A stretch of 64,000 nt of DNA, taken from the NCBI GenBank assembly GCA_051362555.1, contig CM120640.1:59250788-59314787 (forward strand), read 5' to 3'. The stretch is from Lingula anatina (taxonomy: Eukaryota; Animalia; Brachiopoda). The notes under the pieces were generated by a model. That model searched no databases and was not told the origin of the DNA. It saw nothing but the letters and a program-made list of their open reading frames with translations. The translations under genes were made by a program, and so were the position numbers. This document shows, in pieces, positions 1 to 13,944 of the stretch. Every line of letters begins with the position of its first letter. Position 1 is the first letter of the stretch.

Positions 1-3000
1 ACGGTCGAGGGGGATAATAATAAGTACGTTTTGTGTGTAGTTTACAGGACACAATGGTTTATTAATGTAATACAGCCCTAGTACTTGTGATTAATAGTCT
101 TTTACGGTAACTACATCAGACAAATTTGCTTGTAACATTCCTATCTCCATATAACGTGTACCTGATTATGAAATACTGGTGAACCTTCCACACCTATTAA
201 GTATACACGGTGTTCAGTTGCATTTGTAACATTCCATGCCGGGTGGTCAGTTATGATAATTGCAAGTAAGGTAGAAATTAGAGTTGGTATTTTACAACAA
301 CGTTTATCACATAATGATATATATTTCAGAAAACTGAGTTATTTTTTTTATATTTATTTTAGAGCATGACAGACACAGCACATGTTATTGAACCAGGCAA
401 GAACTGTGAGAGTCATGTGGTCAGGATAATCAGATGTTGAAGATTGCTCAGTGTTTATTTATCTCTTATGTCCTTAGTTATTATGTTGTTTACTTAATTA
501 TATCGGGAGTCAACAGATGGCATTTTTGTCTGGGTGTCACTAACAGTATCAGGCATTTTTTTTATTACTTTAAAATGAAATATTTGGTTTTATGAATATA
601 ATTATAGGCCTATGTATTGTACTGCACTAGTGATTTAAAGAAGAAAATTATTTTTCTTGCTAGTATAATTTTTATGTTACTGTAATCTTTTTAAATAACT
701 ATATGACACCTGTTTTTCATATCATTTACTCAGATCACAAATACAAGTTCGCCTGTGAAGTGTTTATTTGTTGCATTTGTGTATAACTGTCAATAAAATG
801 CAATGATTTTGTGAAAATTTCAATTTATATGTTGTCCATTTTAATACTTTCTTTTGTCATCTTTCCTGTCATTTAAGTCGGATCTGATCACAATGAAACT
901 TACATTTTGTGAATGCTATCCATTAGTTTCTATAGCATCATTTTCATAAGTAAATAAATGAAGAAAATTAACTTTATGATCAAACTCGAGCCTTTTGAAT
1001 TAGTTACTATAAATTTAGTGAAATTAAAACAAAGATGCAGGCAAGTCTAATGTTCAGATATGCCAACCATCAGTAAATGAAATGTCAAATGATGTAGCCT
1101 GTTTAACGCGACCTTTGCTGCGTAGCACGTCCTCAGGGCAAATTTTGCATTGCAAGCATCATCGGCACTTAGCTTGGCAAATTCAACATGTCAGTTGTAC
1201 GTACATATTATATCCATACTTTTTCTTTATAAAGTGAAAAAAGAACAAGCTTGCAGCTCAAAAATGTGTATGTTCAGCTATTTTTCAAGTAAAGAAATCG
1301 CTGCTCTACTTCCTTGTGGTCTCCATATTTTAACCCCACCTCAAGGCAGATCTCGTAAAATCACGGTAAAAATTGGTCTTCTCGTTGAGAACCCGGACAT
1401 CCTCTATTGCTCAGATACACCTTGATTTTTGCTAGCCAAAAAGAAGTTCTACTTTCAGTCACCAGATGGCACTGTATGCCTTATAATTTCCCCCTTCTCT
1501 CTGCTAAATAATGTGTTGACTGTTTGTCAATGAAATAACTACAACAACATTCCCCTACCATGACTTACTAAGAGATGTAAAATATGCTTCTGGTTTCCAA
1601 AGATAAATCTCTTTAAACTTTGGTGGTAATCTTGTTGTGACCTTCTCTAGCTACATATCTGTCCAGGTCTCTAATCACATAAACATGCATTTCCACAAAC
1701 AGAAAACCCACGTAAGCTAATATCTTTATCATTTATGATCCCTTTTTATCAAGGAAATTATACAGAATAATTCGATATTCAACTATAAAAACCCATTTTT
1801 TGAAAAAATTTACAATGACCATAATAACAAGAACTATTCTTCATTTCCATATTCAGCAGTGATGGCACGCTAAGCACTGATCTTAATTAAACAATGTCTG
1901 TTCAAAACTAGTTGTCATAAAACCTTACATATATATTTAGAAGATTAGATCATTTGTAAAGCTACTGCAATTTATATATACATGTAGTGCTCAACAAATT
2001 TATTCTCATTATATTCAAGAATGGCAATAAAATAGGCAAAAAGCTTTCCAGCAAAAAATGCCAGCAATGTTGAAGAAATATGCTTGACACTTCAAACCTA
2101 GTCTTCTATAATCTCAAGAGGACTTAGTGCAACTTAGTCCTACCAGCATGTCGACTACATACAAATGACACCTAGTATTATCTATTGCAACTATATTTTC
2201 TGGAGGAGTGAATATTCTGACCTAAATCCAATTCAACCAGTCATGCTACTAACTGATAACATCTTTCATGAATTACAGATTCCAGAATTTAAAGGAATGC
2301 AGTTCCAATAAATCCACCTCAGGTTTGTCAAACAAAACCTTAACCACCCTATTATATAGAGATGATAAATTTTTTACAATATGTTTCTGAAACTTAATTT
2401 ATATGGAATGTAATTTGAGAATAAGTATTACACCACAGGTGTGCCTTCGTTGGATATGGCAGCAGAATATAATTCATTCAAATAACACAAAGAGCTTTTT
2501 TTTACATTTTCAGAAACAGTTTTGTATTTTTGGTAAACGTTGAGAAAATTGCTTAATGTATCTAATTGACCTAGAAATCAAACTGACAGAGGTTATCTTA
2601 GACATTCATTACTTACAGAAATATATGATGCATCACTGCCTTTTTGGCACAGTTTACCTTATTGCAAAAGCAATATACATGAGCATCAATAATTCTTTCG
2701 TACTATTACTGAGCAAAACAAATATTAATAGTTATTGTGTCACATTTTCACAACACGAAATATATTTCATTCTATTCAAAGTCATACGATTTAAGTGTGT
2801 GTTAGCTTGAGGTGCTTTTACATGAATGTTCTCAGGCAATTAATTCAACTGATTTGACAGAGTGTGGTTCTGACCTGAATGTCCTGAAATAACACCACAT
2901 TCTCAATTACATACAACACTACTTTTGGTAGTGAACATGATTCAAGGCCACTCGAGGAATATCTGAATATATGATACTTTACTGTAACCAAATAAGTATG

Positions 3001-6000
3001 TAAATACCAATTGTTTCTATGATTTTTTTTTCACTTTCCAACCAATAGCTTGCAGCAGGGTATTTGTGGGAATATTTATCTTTTGAGATAAGCTTGTTTT
3101 GCCAAACTCCATCCCATGATTCACAAATTAAATGCTCCAATTAGAAATGCAGACTGATTAAGAAACAATACAGTGCCAATCCAGCACTGAGTGACATATA
3201 CCATATAACAGTTAGAGATTATGAGTCACACAATGATAAAATCAACATGAAAATATTTTACTGTGGAAAATTGACAGTAAATGTATCTGGCACAAGAATA
3301 TTATCAAACATAATGGGAACTTTTAATTAAGAATTTACACAACAATATCATTTACTTACTGTTGTATTACTACATTTGCTAGCTATGTACAATTATTAAT
3401 ATGATACTTCAGCAAATATATGAAACAGCCCTCTTCGATATTCTCTCTATAAAAATATACATAAAATTAAGTTACAAATATTATGTCAAAAAATAAAAAA
3501 ATATTTGTATTAGTGACCAACATTTTAACTTTTTCAACATCATTTGGCACCATAATTTTTACTTCTTTAAATTGTCAATTTTTTGTTGCAATATTCACAT
3601 AATTTTCTTTATCTTGGTAAGTAAGTAGCCTTTACTACAGGTTCATGAGCATTATACATATGCTCAATTCATTACTAGTACCATCTTTTCTTCAGCTGTA
3701 TGGGTTCATTGAGTTACCAACATTTCTGCTTGGCTGATGTGATTGGACAAGTGCCCCTCCAGTGCAGCAGGAGGGCAAGCGAATGTTGTAATATCCTTTA
3801 TTGACTTTAAATGTTATGAGAATGCATTATCAAGTTTCTTCTAGGCTATCTATATCATGGGGGTAAACTGGAGTGCAATGTGGGACCGGTCAGGCAGATA
3901 TCAAATGGAAAGATTGCTAATCTATACCATGAAGCAGACAAATTTATGTAGAGCCAGTTTTTTTACATGTAAAATGATACCTAAAGCTTATAAAATTAAC
4001 AATTAATTCCCTATATATTTTTCTTCTCTTTTGACCTTTGAATTCCACATATTTCTTACAACTTTATGTGTTAATAGTTCTGATTTCCCCAAAAATACAT
4101 TTTTAAACACTAAAATTTAGTTACACTTGTTTATACACATCTTTCAATGTTACACCAACAAAAACAGTCACTGCAGATAATTGTGCACTTTAGACAGAGA
4201 TCACCATTCACATATTGAACAACATGTGCAGCAGACTGTCAGTGCTTTGCCCCTTGAACTGCCCTGTTATCAACAGGCTGTGAAAATAAGATTTCTAAGT
4301 ATAATTGTCTATGTACTAAGAAATAGTGAAATTCCCTCTGCAATAAAATATACAAATCTTGTCTTGATATTTAGCTGGTAACAGTATCGCAGGCATGTGA
4401 GTCAATAAATGATTCAAAATTGTCAATAAAAAGATTTATCATCATTATGTTTATTGGCTGCTATTCATCAATGTGCTGTATACTTAATGATATGGCAAAA
4501 TTAACAAAAGGAGTAATAACCAAGAGCAATATCATGCCGTTTGATATGATAGTCAAAGAGGCAAGTAGAAAAGCCTATATATGAGTGAGGTGCAAACTTG
4601 TAGTCTTGAACTATAATATGTATAAATATGTTTTCTTTGATGTTTTATTAGAGTAATATTATACCTGGTAACACAGATACTAACTTGGAGTGCTTTTATT
4701 GCATATACTTGTTATTTAGGTGAAATTCACAGTCTAAAGCATCCAACCTCAAAACTATTCAAAATTGTTCTACAACCTGTTATTTAACAGTAACATGACA
4801 CCTACCAATAATAGATTGTTCTCATTCTTTATATTAGTTCCACATGCACTCACTGGCCACAAATGAGCAATTCAAGTCATATCACCACTTAAATTAAAAC
4901 CATATGTTTTTCTGAGAAAAAATTGTCTAACTTCAATAAATCACTGAGAAAAAATAATCAATCCTGCTTAATTGTATTGTTTCTTTATTCATTAACTTTC
5001 ATCATTAATTTTCAGGACCTTTACAGCTACAGAAAGCAAAGAGGCATTTTCAGTTTTATCTGATAATGTAATAATTAATGAGCCCATATCTGTGAAATGT
5101 ACAACTGTCAAATAATTTATACATGTACCAGCTGATTAAAAATACCCAATGCAGGCAAATTCTAGAATGTGATCATAAAAAATGCTCCACAAAGTTCACA
5201 TTTAAGAATGAACTATTAGCATCTTCTTTTAATCAAGCACGTCTTAATAAATGGTTATCAGTGAACATTGTACAAAGCAAAACCATTTTAACAATGATAT
5301 AATATGTATTAAAATAAACAGAAAATAACAAATAAATGAACAAATAAAGAGACCATGAAAGGATTTGCTTTTCAAGTAATCTTTTCAACCATTATAAAAA
5401 TGTTTGATCATCATAAGAACTTGCTGTGCACCTGTAAATAGATGTACTCCTACTTGACAGGGTGATTGCTGCTTATCTAAAGATAAATGATATCAGCCAA
5501 CTAGAATAATCACAGCTAAATTAAATATTGCCAGCAACACATTATATCTAGGGTATAAATTGCATGACTATGAGAAACTAAAAGGTTGAAGGAATATCAA
5601 TAGATGGTTATTCAGCAAAAGACTACCCTGCTGAATAAATATTTATATCCTGCATATAACTCCATCTTTGATATGTCTCCTCTTTAGTGAATTTGCTTTT
5701 ATTTTTAAATCTAAATACTACCCTCTATTCTAGTATTTATGTTTTTTCTCCTTCTTTCATCATCCCAAATAATTTCTACATTCTACAATTCACAATCTCT
5801 TCTTCCATGAATTCTCCATAGCTGGACATATAATTTGCCTCATCATTCAGGTCCCAACATTGGTCTCCACTAGTTACATACTGTGGTCAATAATATACCA
5901 CTGTCACACATGTATGAGCTTAACTGATGCTACATCAAGAATCATTCTAATGCTGATTCATATAACCTTTGGATATATGTACCACATATTGTATAAATAA

Positions 6001-9000
6001 GAAAAATATACTAAATTCTTTGCCAATTTTTGTCAAACCCCTTAGATCATAACTTTTTAATTGAGCAAAATATCCAGAGTATTGAAAAGAAATCATGCTG
6101 GAGTACATGTATAAGCCCAGAAATGACCGGTCATCTAGGTAAAGACTTTCTGAAGGGCCTCTTATCAATCATGTAACCCTAGGAGGCACAAAAAGCAGTG
6201 TGAATATCAGCCATATGTACATTACATCGTTTAAATTCCAATGGATATTATTTTACCTACACCATTACAAAACAGATATTATCAAAATGTACACTTGCTG
6301 GTCAATCATATAATCCTTGACAGTTAGGGTTGCTTGGTTTGAATGAATGTGAAGAAATGTGCTGATAAGAGAGAACAGTAGATAAACCAATAGTTCTCAT
6401 TAAGTTGATAGGATTGTATTAAACATTATTCTAAATCACTTGCTGAAACAGCAACTGTTTCACGAGTTTAAGCACATGGGTCTAGTTAGCAAGGTAGCAA
6501 CACATGCGATTTCTTAACTTATACAATAAATAAGCCATGCTCATAAAAAACAACTGACATTTATTGTTTTTCACGCTCATTTCTAAAGTCATGGTAAAGA
6601 GTTAATGAATATTGTCAGATGAATCAAACATGAATGTCCTCCCTTCAACAACTGTGCATATTGTACTTCTTGTAAAATTACCAGAGGAAAAAGAAACAAA
6701 GAAACCAAAACCATAAATAATCTGGTAAAGGAAGAGGGGGGGAGGGGGGGGGGAGGGAGTCAAACATTCTTACCCTGTTAGGGTTAATATCAAAGGATTA
6801 TCTCTAATTAACAGAAAATTCATTAAAATCCATAAAATGTAAGCAAACTTTATGTAAAATATCTTTTTAGGTCTAGTATAAACTTAACAAAAAAGCTACT
6901 GGCCAAATTAATTCTAAAAACAAGTATACTCAATACTTGGCAAATTGAGTTTATATTATGCCAGCAAATAAAGGTCACCTGGGCACTGCACCCAAATATG
7001 TTCACCTATCCATGTTCCTGGCACAGGTGCTAGTGTGTCTTATGGGGCCTCGTAAGGTGTAAATGGTAGGTTTGCCAAAATCAAACTATAGTATACTAAA
7101 ATGCTCAGTTCAAATCTTCTGACTGATTACCAAACAAAATCAATAATTGTTATTTACAATTCAAAACTGATGACAAATAGGTATAATTTATACAATTACA
7201 TACATAGGCAAATACATTCACTTTTTATGCCAGAATCACCACAAAACATCAATATCATAGACTGTATCATATAACAGAGATAATGAAAACGATTAATAGT
7301 TTTCAACATGCACATGTCACGGTAAAGGTCTAGTGCATCAGAAACACATTTTGCATAAAAAGCTGAATCTCTTAATTGCATGTGTAAGATTTTCATTAAA
7401 AAAACATTAAGTCAATTACAAAGTGGAGTTCTTGGTATGTAAAAGAAAAAATATTAAAGCAATTCTTATTACTTTAAATCATATCTTACAACAGACAGAA
7501 ATGAACTGAACTGGTATTTATGGATTCCTAACACATCTTTGTAAGTAATAAGACCAAGACAGAGAAAATATGATGTGCCCCATTCATGGATGCCAACACA
7601 GTCCAATTCCAGCCATATTGTGCAAGTATTTCAATGGGAAACATGCCACAAATCTGGATGATTAAGAAAAGACTCATGTTGATCGCTATACCTTTTAAGT
7701 GGGAAAATTAAGCAAATATAAATGTACTATCTGGCATAGAACACAGGCCATGTTGATAATTTCCCAACACTTAAACATAACATGCACAACTGCTTTCCAT
7801 AAATCATCCTGGATATCTTAAACCAAATTTACTGAAGACATTTGCACCTATCATTATTATTGGGCTGTTGGATGTTACATATACATATTAGTAGTATACC
7901 ACATGCAGTTTAAATGTTCCATAATTGATCATTATTGACCAATATCTAAGACTGTTTGTCATTGGGATTGGGAAGAAATATAATGAATAAGGCATTATGC
8001 AGGCTGGAATATTGTGGGCTCCACATAATATCAATATTGACTGTGATATTTTTAAAAGTAAATGTAAACATGCATATAACAGTGGTGATGGATGATTAAA
8101 TATGTATTTGTGTTAAGAAAACCATTTAAATTATATTCAATCTGAGGCATCTTTTACTTTACAGCTATATGAATAATCTAACGGAAGAACTTAAAACTGC
8201 AGATATACAAACACATTTTAACAGGTAATATTCTAACATGGGGAGCTGTTATCTGGTAATATCATACTCTGAAAAGTGGGGTACTTTTCTTTCAGTTATT
8301 AATTTTCTAATAACAATATGTATTATAACATTTGTTCCTGTTTATTTTGAATTCTCTTCCAAAATGTCATTCAATAAACAAAACCAAGTCATTGATGAAA
8401 AGGAAGCAAACCGTTTTTTAAATTGAAGGTGCCTCTTCAGGAAGGGCCTAATAAAATACCACTCTCACTGGTACCCATATTCTGATTCAATTTTAGTTAA
8501 TTACCTGCAAATATCAGGGACAAAGATTCTATGGTAAATGGAATGTTCAGACACATGTAACAAAGATATACTAGGCTAGCTGTTTCTGTTAACTAAAATT
8601 TTGTCATTATGAGTAGTAGAATCACCAACAAAACAAATGTAAATCAATGTGTCAAATATGTCATCATTTTGGAGAAAAACATGTTTACATGTAATACTTG
8701 TCCATGTATATGAATATACATGATAACTCAAACAATCTTAATGATATTTGCAATATTTTCTTACTCCTGAGTTATTATGACCACCAGACTACCAAATGAG
8801 ATTCATTCTGGCATTATCTGGCCATAATAATAATAATATTAATAAAAAAAATAATAATAATAATTTAAAACCCTTTTCAATGCACAATTTTCTTGTGATA
8901 TATGTTTTCTTAAGAGGGTGCAAAGGGAATCATCTCAGATGGCCCGAAGTCTTGCGACTTCACATAAAATCAAGTGAAATTTTTCCAGTGTGGTCAGAAA

Positions 9001-9168
9001 AAATAGTTAACTAGCAATCATGCTGTAGAAACATATAAAAGCTGGCAGAATTTATTGACAGTTATTTTTTCAGTTGTTTTTTGAATTACAGTCTATTGCA
9101 TAACAGTATGCATTCATGTTTTTGCAAAAGTTTTGTATTTCATTCTACAACGACATGTCCAGCACATA

Positions 9169-9382
9169 GACCCCATTTCCAGAGATTAGATCGATCTACT
9201 TTAGATCGACCTAATTCCCTGGGGGTTCATGCTAAATAGCTGTCAGCCGGGGGACACGATAGTTAATTACCCCCTTACAGCTTGTAGTAGGCGGGACGGA
9301 CATTTAAGCCGGATTATCTGACAGTAATCTAGTGAGACTCCACGCGGGGATAGATCGATCTAAAAGCTCTGGGAATACAGCC
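9169..9382. mobile_element. PIF/Harbinger-like MITE, copy 1
   Basis: Imperfect TIRs containing the palindrome TAGATCGATCTA, 3-bp ATA target-site duplication, core homologous to 37504-37729. Confidence 0.75.
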
Positions 9383-12300
9383 ATAGTGTTTAAAATGCTA
9401 TTGCTTAATAGTTAAACCCGTCTTATGTGGATTCTCACAAGTTTTCTGGTTTTGAATGACATCATGCAGTGCCAAGTTTTATGTTATCTTGGATGGAAAT
9501 AGCATATAAAATATAAAACCTCTTTTCTTAAATAATGTAACATCTAACTCCATCTCATAAATGGATGTGCAATTTTACTGCATGGAAGTATTTAACATTT
9601 CATTTGAATTCCTAGTTCATCATACAAATAAATTACAAAATAACACCCTGCACATGACATACCCCAAGACAAATATCTGTAGATAAGAAATGATAAATAC
9701 AGAACCTGACCATGTCAATGAGTATGTCATTAATTATAGAACTTGTCAAGGTCTCATTACCTATATTTCAGTATTTGAATGCAGCAGCATATCATGCATT
9801 ATGAACTGCAAGAAGTCTGAGCCATACATCTCCCAGAATTCACACAGCAAGTGTATCCAATGTAATCTGATATCATATAATTTGTTGGAGAAACATGTAA
9901 ATGACTTTTAGCATTATTAATATAATAACTAACTAAGAAAAGGATCTCCCTGCAAAATTCCTCAGTCAGACCAATTAAATTACTTTAATCAATATCCTTG
10001 TTAATCATCCTGTCTGATGAAACAAAAAAATAAGATGATAATATTGTTCTACATCAGGTTTCTTGCACTAAAAAAACATTCAGTATATGATACTATCAAA
10101 GATGATAATTTCTCTAAAGGCTATAATGAAATAAAACCAAACATGCCATCTTTATCAACATACTGACAAAGATGTTATGATATAATGGGTAAATTGTGTC
10201 AAATGACAATGTACACTGTATGTATGCTGTTAAACCAATGGTATAAAACATTATATTGATTTACAGCATTTTAAATACTGCTGATTGTCTCAGACTACTT
10301 CTAAAACCAAACTTCCTTCCAACAGTGAATGTTGTTCTACAAACTCAATCCTCTCCCCAATATGCCAAATATACCAGAAGAAATCTATACTTCCAAAGAA
10401 CAATCCAACCCATTACAGTCACAAAAATATCCAAAGCCAGTAAGTAAATTTTGGAAAGTGCATATTATTCAAATCAAATTTGTTCATTTCTAATCTTGAA
10501 CAAAGAGACTGCTCATAATGTGTAAGTTAGTTAAGCTGATAATGCAATGGTATCGATCAGGAGAAAGAACATATGCAGTAAATACTCTCCAATTCCTGTG
10601 ACCAATAACTGAATAAGTATAAAATCCTCTACCTTTACATTTATTCAGCTAAGCTTTGACCTTTAACTGCCAGGATCATGTAAGGACACACTTGTCAGTC
10701 TAATTTATTTGAAAAGATTGCTTCACTAAGCAGATTTACTATACTCAGCATGGGATGTTACCATTGTCATTTCACAATTACTCATCGATACAATAACAAT
10801 TTTAAAATTTCTAGAAATAACCTATTATCCAATAAAATCAGAAGTTGATGCCAGTTACCTCTGTCAGTTTTTGACAAAATATAATGAACCTATTCAAATG
10901 CTGGCTACATGGATTCCGTGCAGCAAACATATGTTCACTGTATCTTATATGCTTTTTACATTTTTAACAATGGCAATCAATATCATGCAAAATAAACAAT
11001 CACTAAGTAATGCACACCTGTCTAGTAACAAAATCTTAACTGGCTATGGATCAGGCTGTGCCATATATTATATAGTTTTTTTTTTTTTTTTTTTTTTTTG
11101 ACAAAACAAATTTAATTTGAAATCAAAAGTTGTGCCGTTTTCAATTTCAGATCAACAGGACTTGCCATCTGTTGCCACAATTAATAATATGCAGATTAAG
11201 AAGGGTAGTTTTGGTTTCATAAAACTTACTGAATAAATGGCTTAATGATATAATTCACTTCTACATCCATGCATTCTATTTCCTATCATAAAAATATCTA
11301 AACTTTCACTGTCACTGGATTCCACCTGTTATTACAGGTCAACAATAAAAAAAAAAAGAGAGAGAGAGAAAGAAAAACCCAAGGAAGCCAAGGTAAATAA
11401 GAACAATATGCATAATTTACAATAGTTGGTAAAAGGTATTTGTATAAACAACCCTGTCTTTTGGTGGGTCTTAAGGTTAAACTGTGTAGTTAAAGTGTCA
11501 TGAGTGTGCATCAATAGCAAACACTATGCATTCTTTCAACATAAGCAGTGGTATACATACTTAAATTGTTAAATGAGTTTTTTTTTTAATTTACAAAATG
11601 TATGAGTAACACACTGAGACAGGTATCTATGCTTAATTCATTTCAAATTGTGGTTTTACTTCCTGAAACTCCATATTCCATCTTTATAATACACTCATGC
11701 ATTTCCTTTCTTTTGTTGGATCTATAGTCACCTTTCTGAGTCTGACTGATGACTCTTTCTCCCTCCCCTCAGGGTTCTGCTTCATAACAGAGATCTATAT
11801 TTTATGGATATTGTCTCATTTGAGTGTTGTGCTCTGATGATCACAAAAGGCCAACAAAGGAATACCACGAATGCTTGTCCAAAATCCAATGCTAATATAG
11901 CTAGAATATCTTTTTTAAAGAAAACAAAAACCAACTAAGGATGATTTCTAATTATTTGTTTGTGTATTAAATTAAATTTAAGATTGTGTCTCCTTTTCCT
12001 AGAACGAAAATACATGAAAAACACATATAACCTTCTTTTAGGTTTGTTTACTAAGCAGTGTTTATATTTTTTGGTTTCCAACAAATTCGAAGTAATTTGT
12101 ACTTTAAATAAAAAAACAAATATTTCACTAAATCCCTCACTTTATTAATCCACATTTTGATAATCAACTCTTTAGATGCAAAGATTCATATCAAAGTTCA
12201 GAACAACCAGAGGATGTATAAAAAAGTAGAAAGTCATGCAAGTAAATTAAAAAACATAAAATGTGAACATCTAGTCCAATTTACTGACATATTCACCTTT

Positions 12301-13944
12301 ATCATTTTAAACAGGTTGAAAATTACAATTTATTTTCACCTGCCATGAAAATAGACTACCAGGACCATTTCCCTAGTAACAGAGGGCAAAGGTAATAGGT
12401 AGGTAGTTTACCATTAAATATGGGTAAATAACAAGGTATTTGCTTGACCTCTTCATGACGTTTTCAAATAAAGAGCAATGTAAGAGAATAAGAACCCTCT
12501 ACTTAAATAAGAACCTACTGCAATTGTTCTTTTTTGCATTAAATTGATTAATGGCACTTGTGCCAGGCATAGTTAATTTATTTTTGTATGTATTTTAAGG
12601 CCATATTTACATGAATAACATATTTGTTGTGCTCAACTGGATATCGTATCCTTCTTATCATGAACTTTTGGTGTTAATGTCATTCATCTCTTCAATCTCA
12701 AGCCATAATACGACGTGAAGAAAAATAACCAAATTGATAGAATATTTTTCTGGAGTCGTAAAATAACATCTAAACAGCAACTGTCATCTCTTTTATTACC
12801 AACACTTCTCAACATACTATAAAATAAAAGATCACATTTTCATCTGTAAAGTATGCAAATATCATCCAAATAATGGAAAATAGTTACGGATCCCTGTTAG
12901 CCACAATATCTCCCATTAAACCTCAATTCAGCATTATCTGCTATCAAGAGTACAAGTTCCATTTTGTCACCTGCTATAAAATAAATAGGGCAAGGTAGAC
13001 TAATGAATGGCAAACTTCATTTGAAGCTTGATTCATGATTTAGGTACTGAGATTGCCTAATTAAGCACTCCAAGCCATGATATGTAGTGAGAGAGCAACA
13101 AATGGATCCGCAAGCATACCATTTGAAAGTAAGAATAATATCTGCCTCATATGTCTATTCAACACTTTCTGAATATTTCATATATTACCAAGAGCTGCAA
13201 GATCGAGTTAACTATTCATATCACCTGCATCTTTAAAATGGGTGAAAATGGAATAAACACGGCTACTTATATAATTTTCCTTTTCAAATTCAGCTCCTAA
13301 CATCCTTTTCGTTGGGTCATGGTGCAGATGCTTAAAATTTTACTACTTTTAAGATAATAGAGGTGGAAGAAAAAAAATTTTTTTTTGACTTTGAAACTCT
13401 AATTTAACAACCACTGATACTGGTAGTAGCTTACTCCAGTAAAAAGAACCTGTATATTAAAGGAGAGACTTTGATGAAAATCAGGAGCAAAAGTCAACAA
13501 ATCATACTTCCAAATGCTATATGTTCAGTTCCATATGGTCCAATTGCACCACTCCAAATAAAAATTCGCAACACTTAATTTGGTGATTGTAGTACTTAAA
13601 TCACAGCTCAAACATCCATAGATAAACAGATGGATGTAATGGCAGATAAAGAGACAGACAGACAGACAAACTGACAAAAAAGGAAAACACTGGAATCAGT
13701 TCACAAAATCTAGGGAACTGATCACCAAGCCATCTTGTTTCTAGTATTGGATACCCTAAATTACACAGAGAGCAAGATGATGCATTTAAAATAAAACCAA
13801 AAAAAAATTGGGCAAACTTGGATTCTTCATTACTTCGTAGGAACAGATGTAGGAACATACTTCAAGTGGGCAGGCTGTCATACTACTGTCAAAAAGAAAA
13901 AGAGCACTCCTCTGGAAACGTTTCCTTCTCACAAGAAAACTCAC

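Noticed and set aside
6735-6758. G-run with quadruplex potential (similar runs at 48858-48870 and 62445-62464)
   Set aside because: Simple homopolymer tracts with no supporting context.
1150-13200. Short ORFs and exon-like segments (for example 5790-5880 and 12890-12970 on the minus strand)
   Set aside because: No recognisable domain, in-frame stops, and no match to the expected NTPDase exons.
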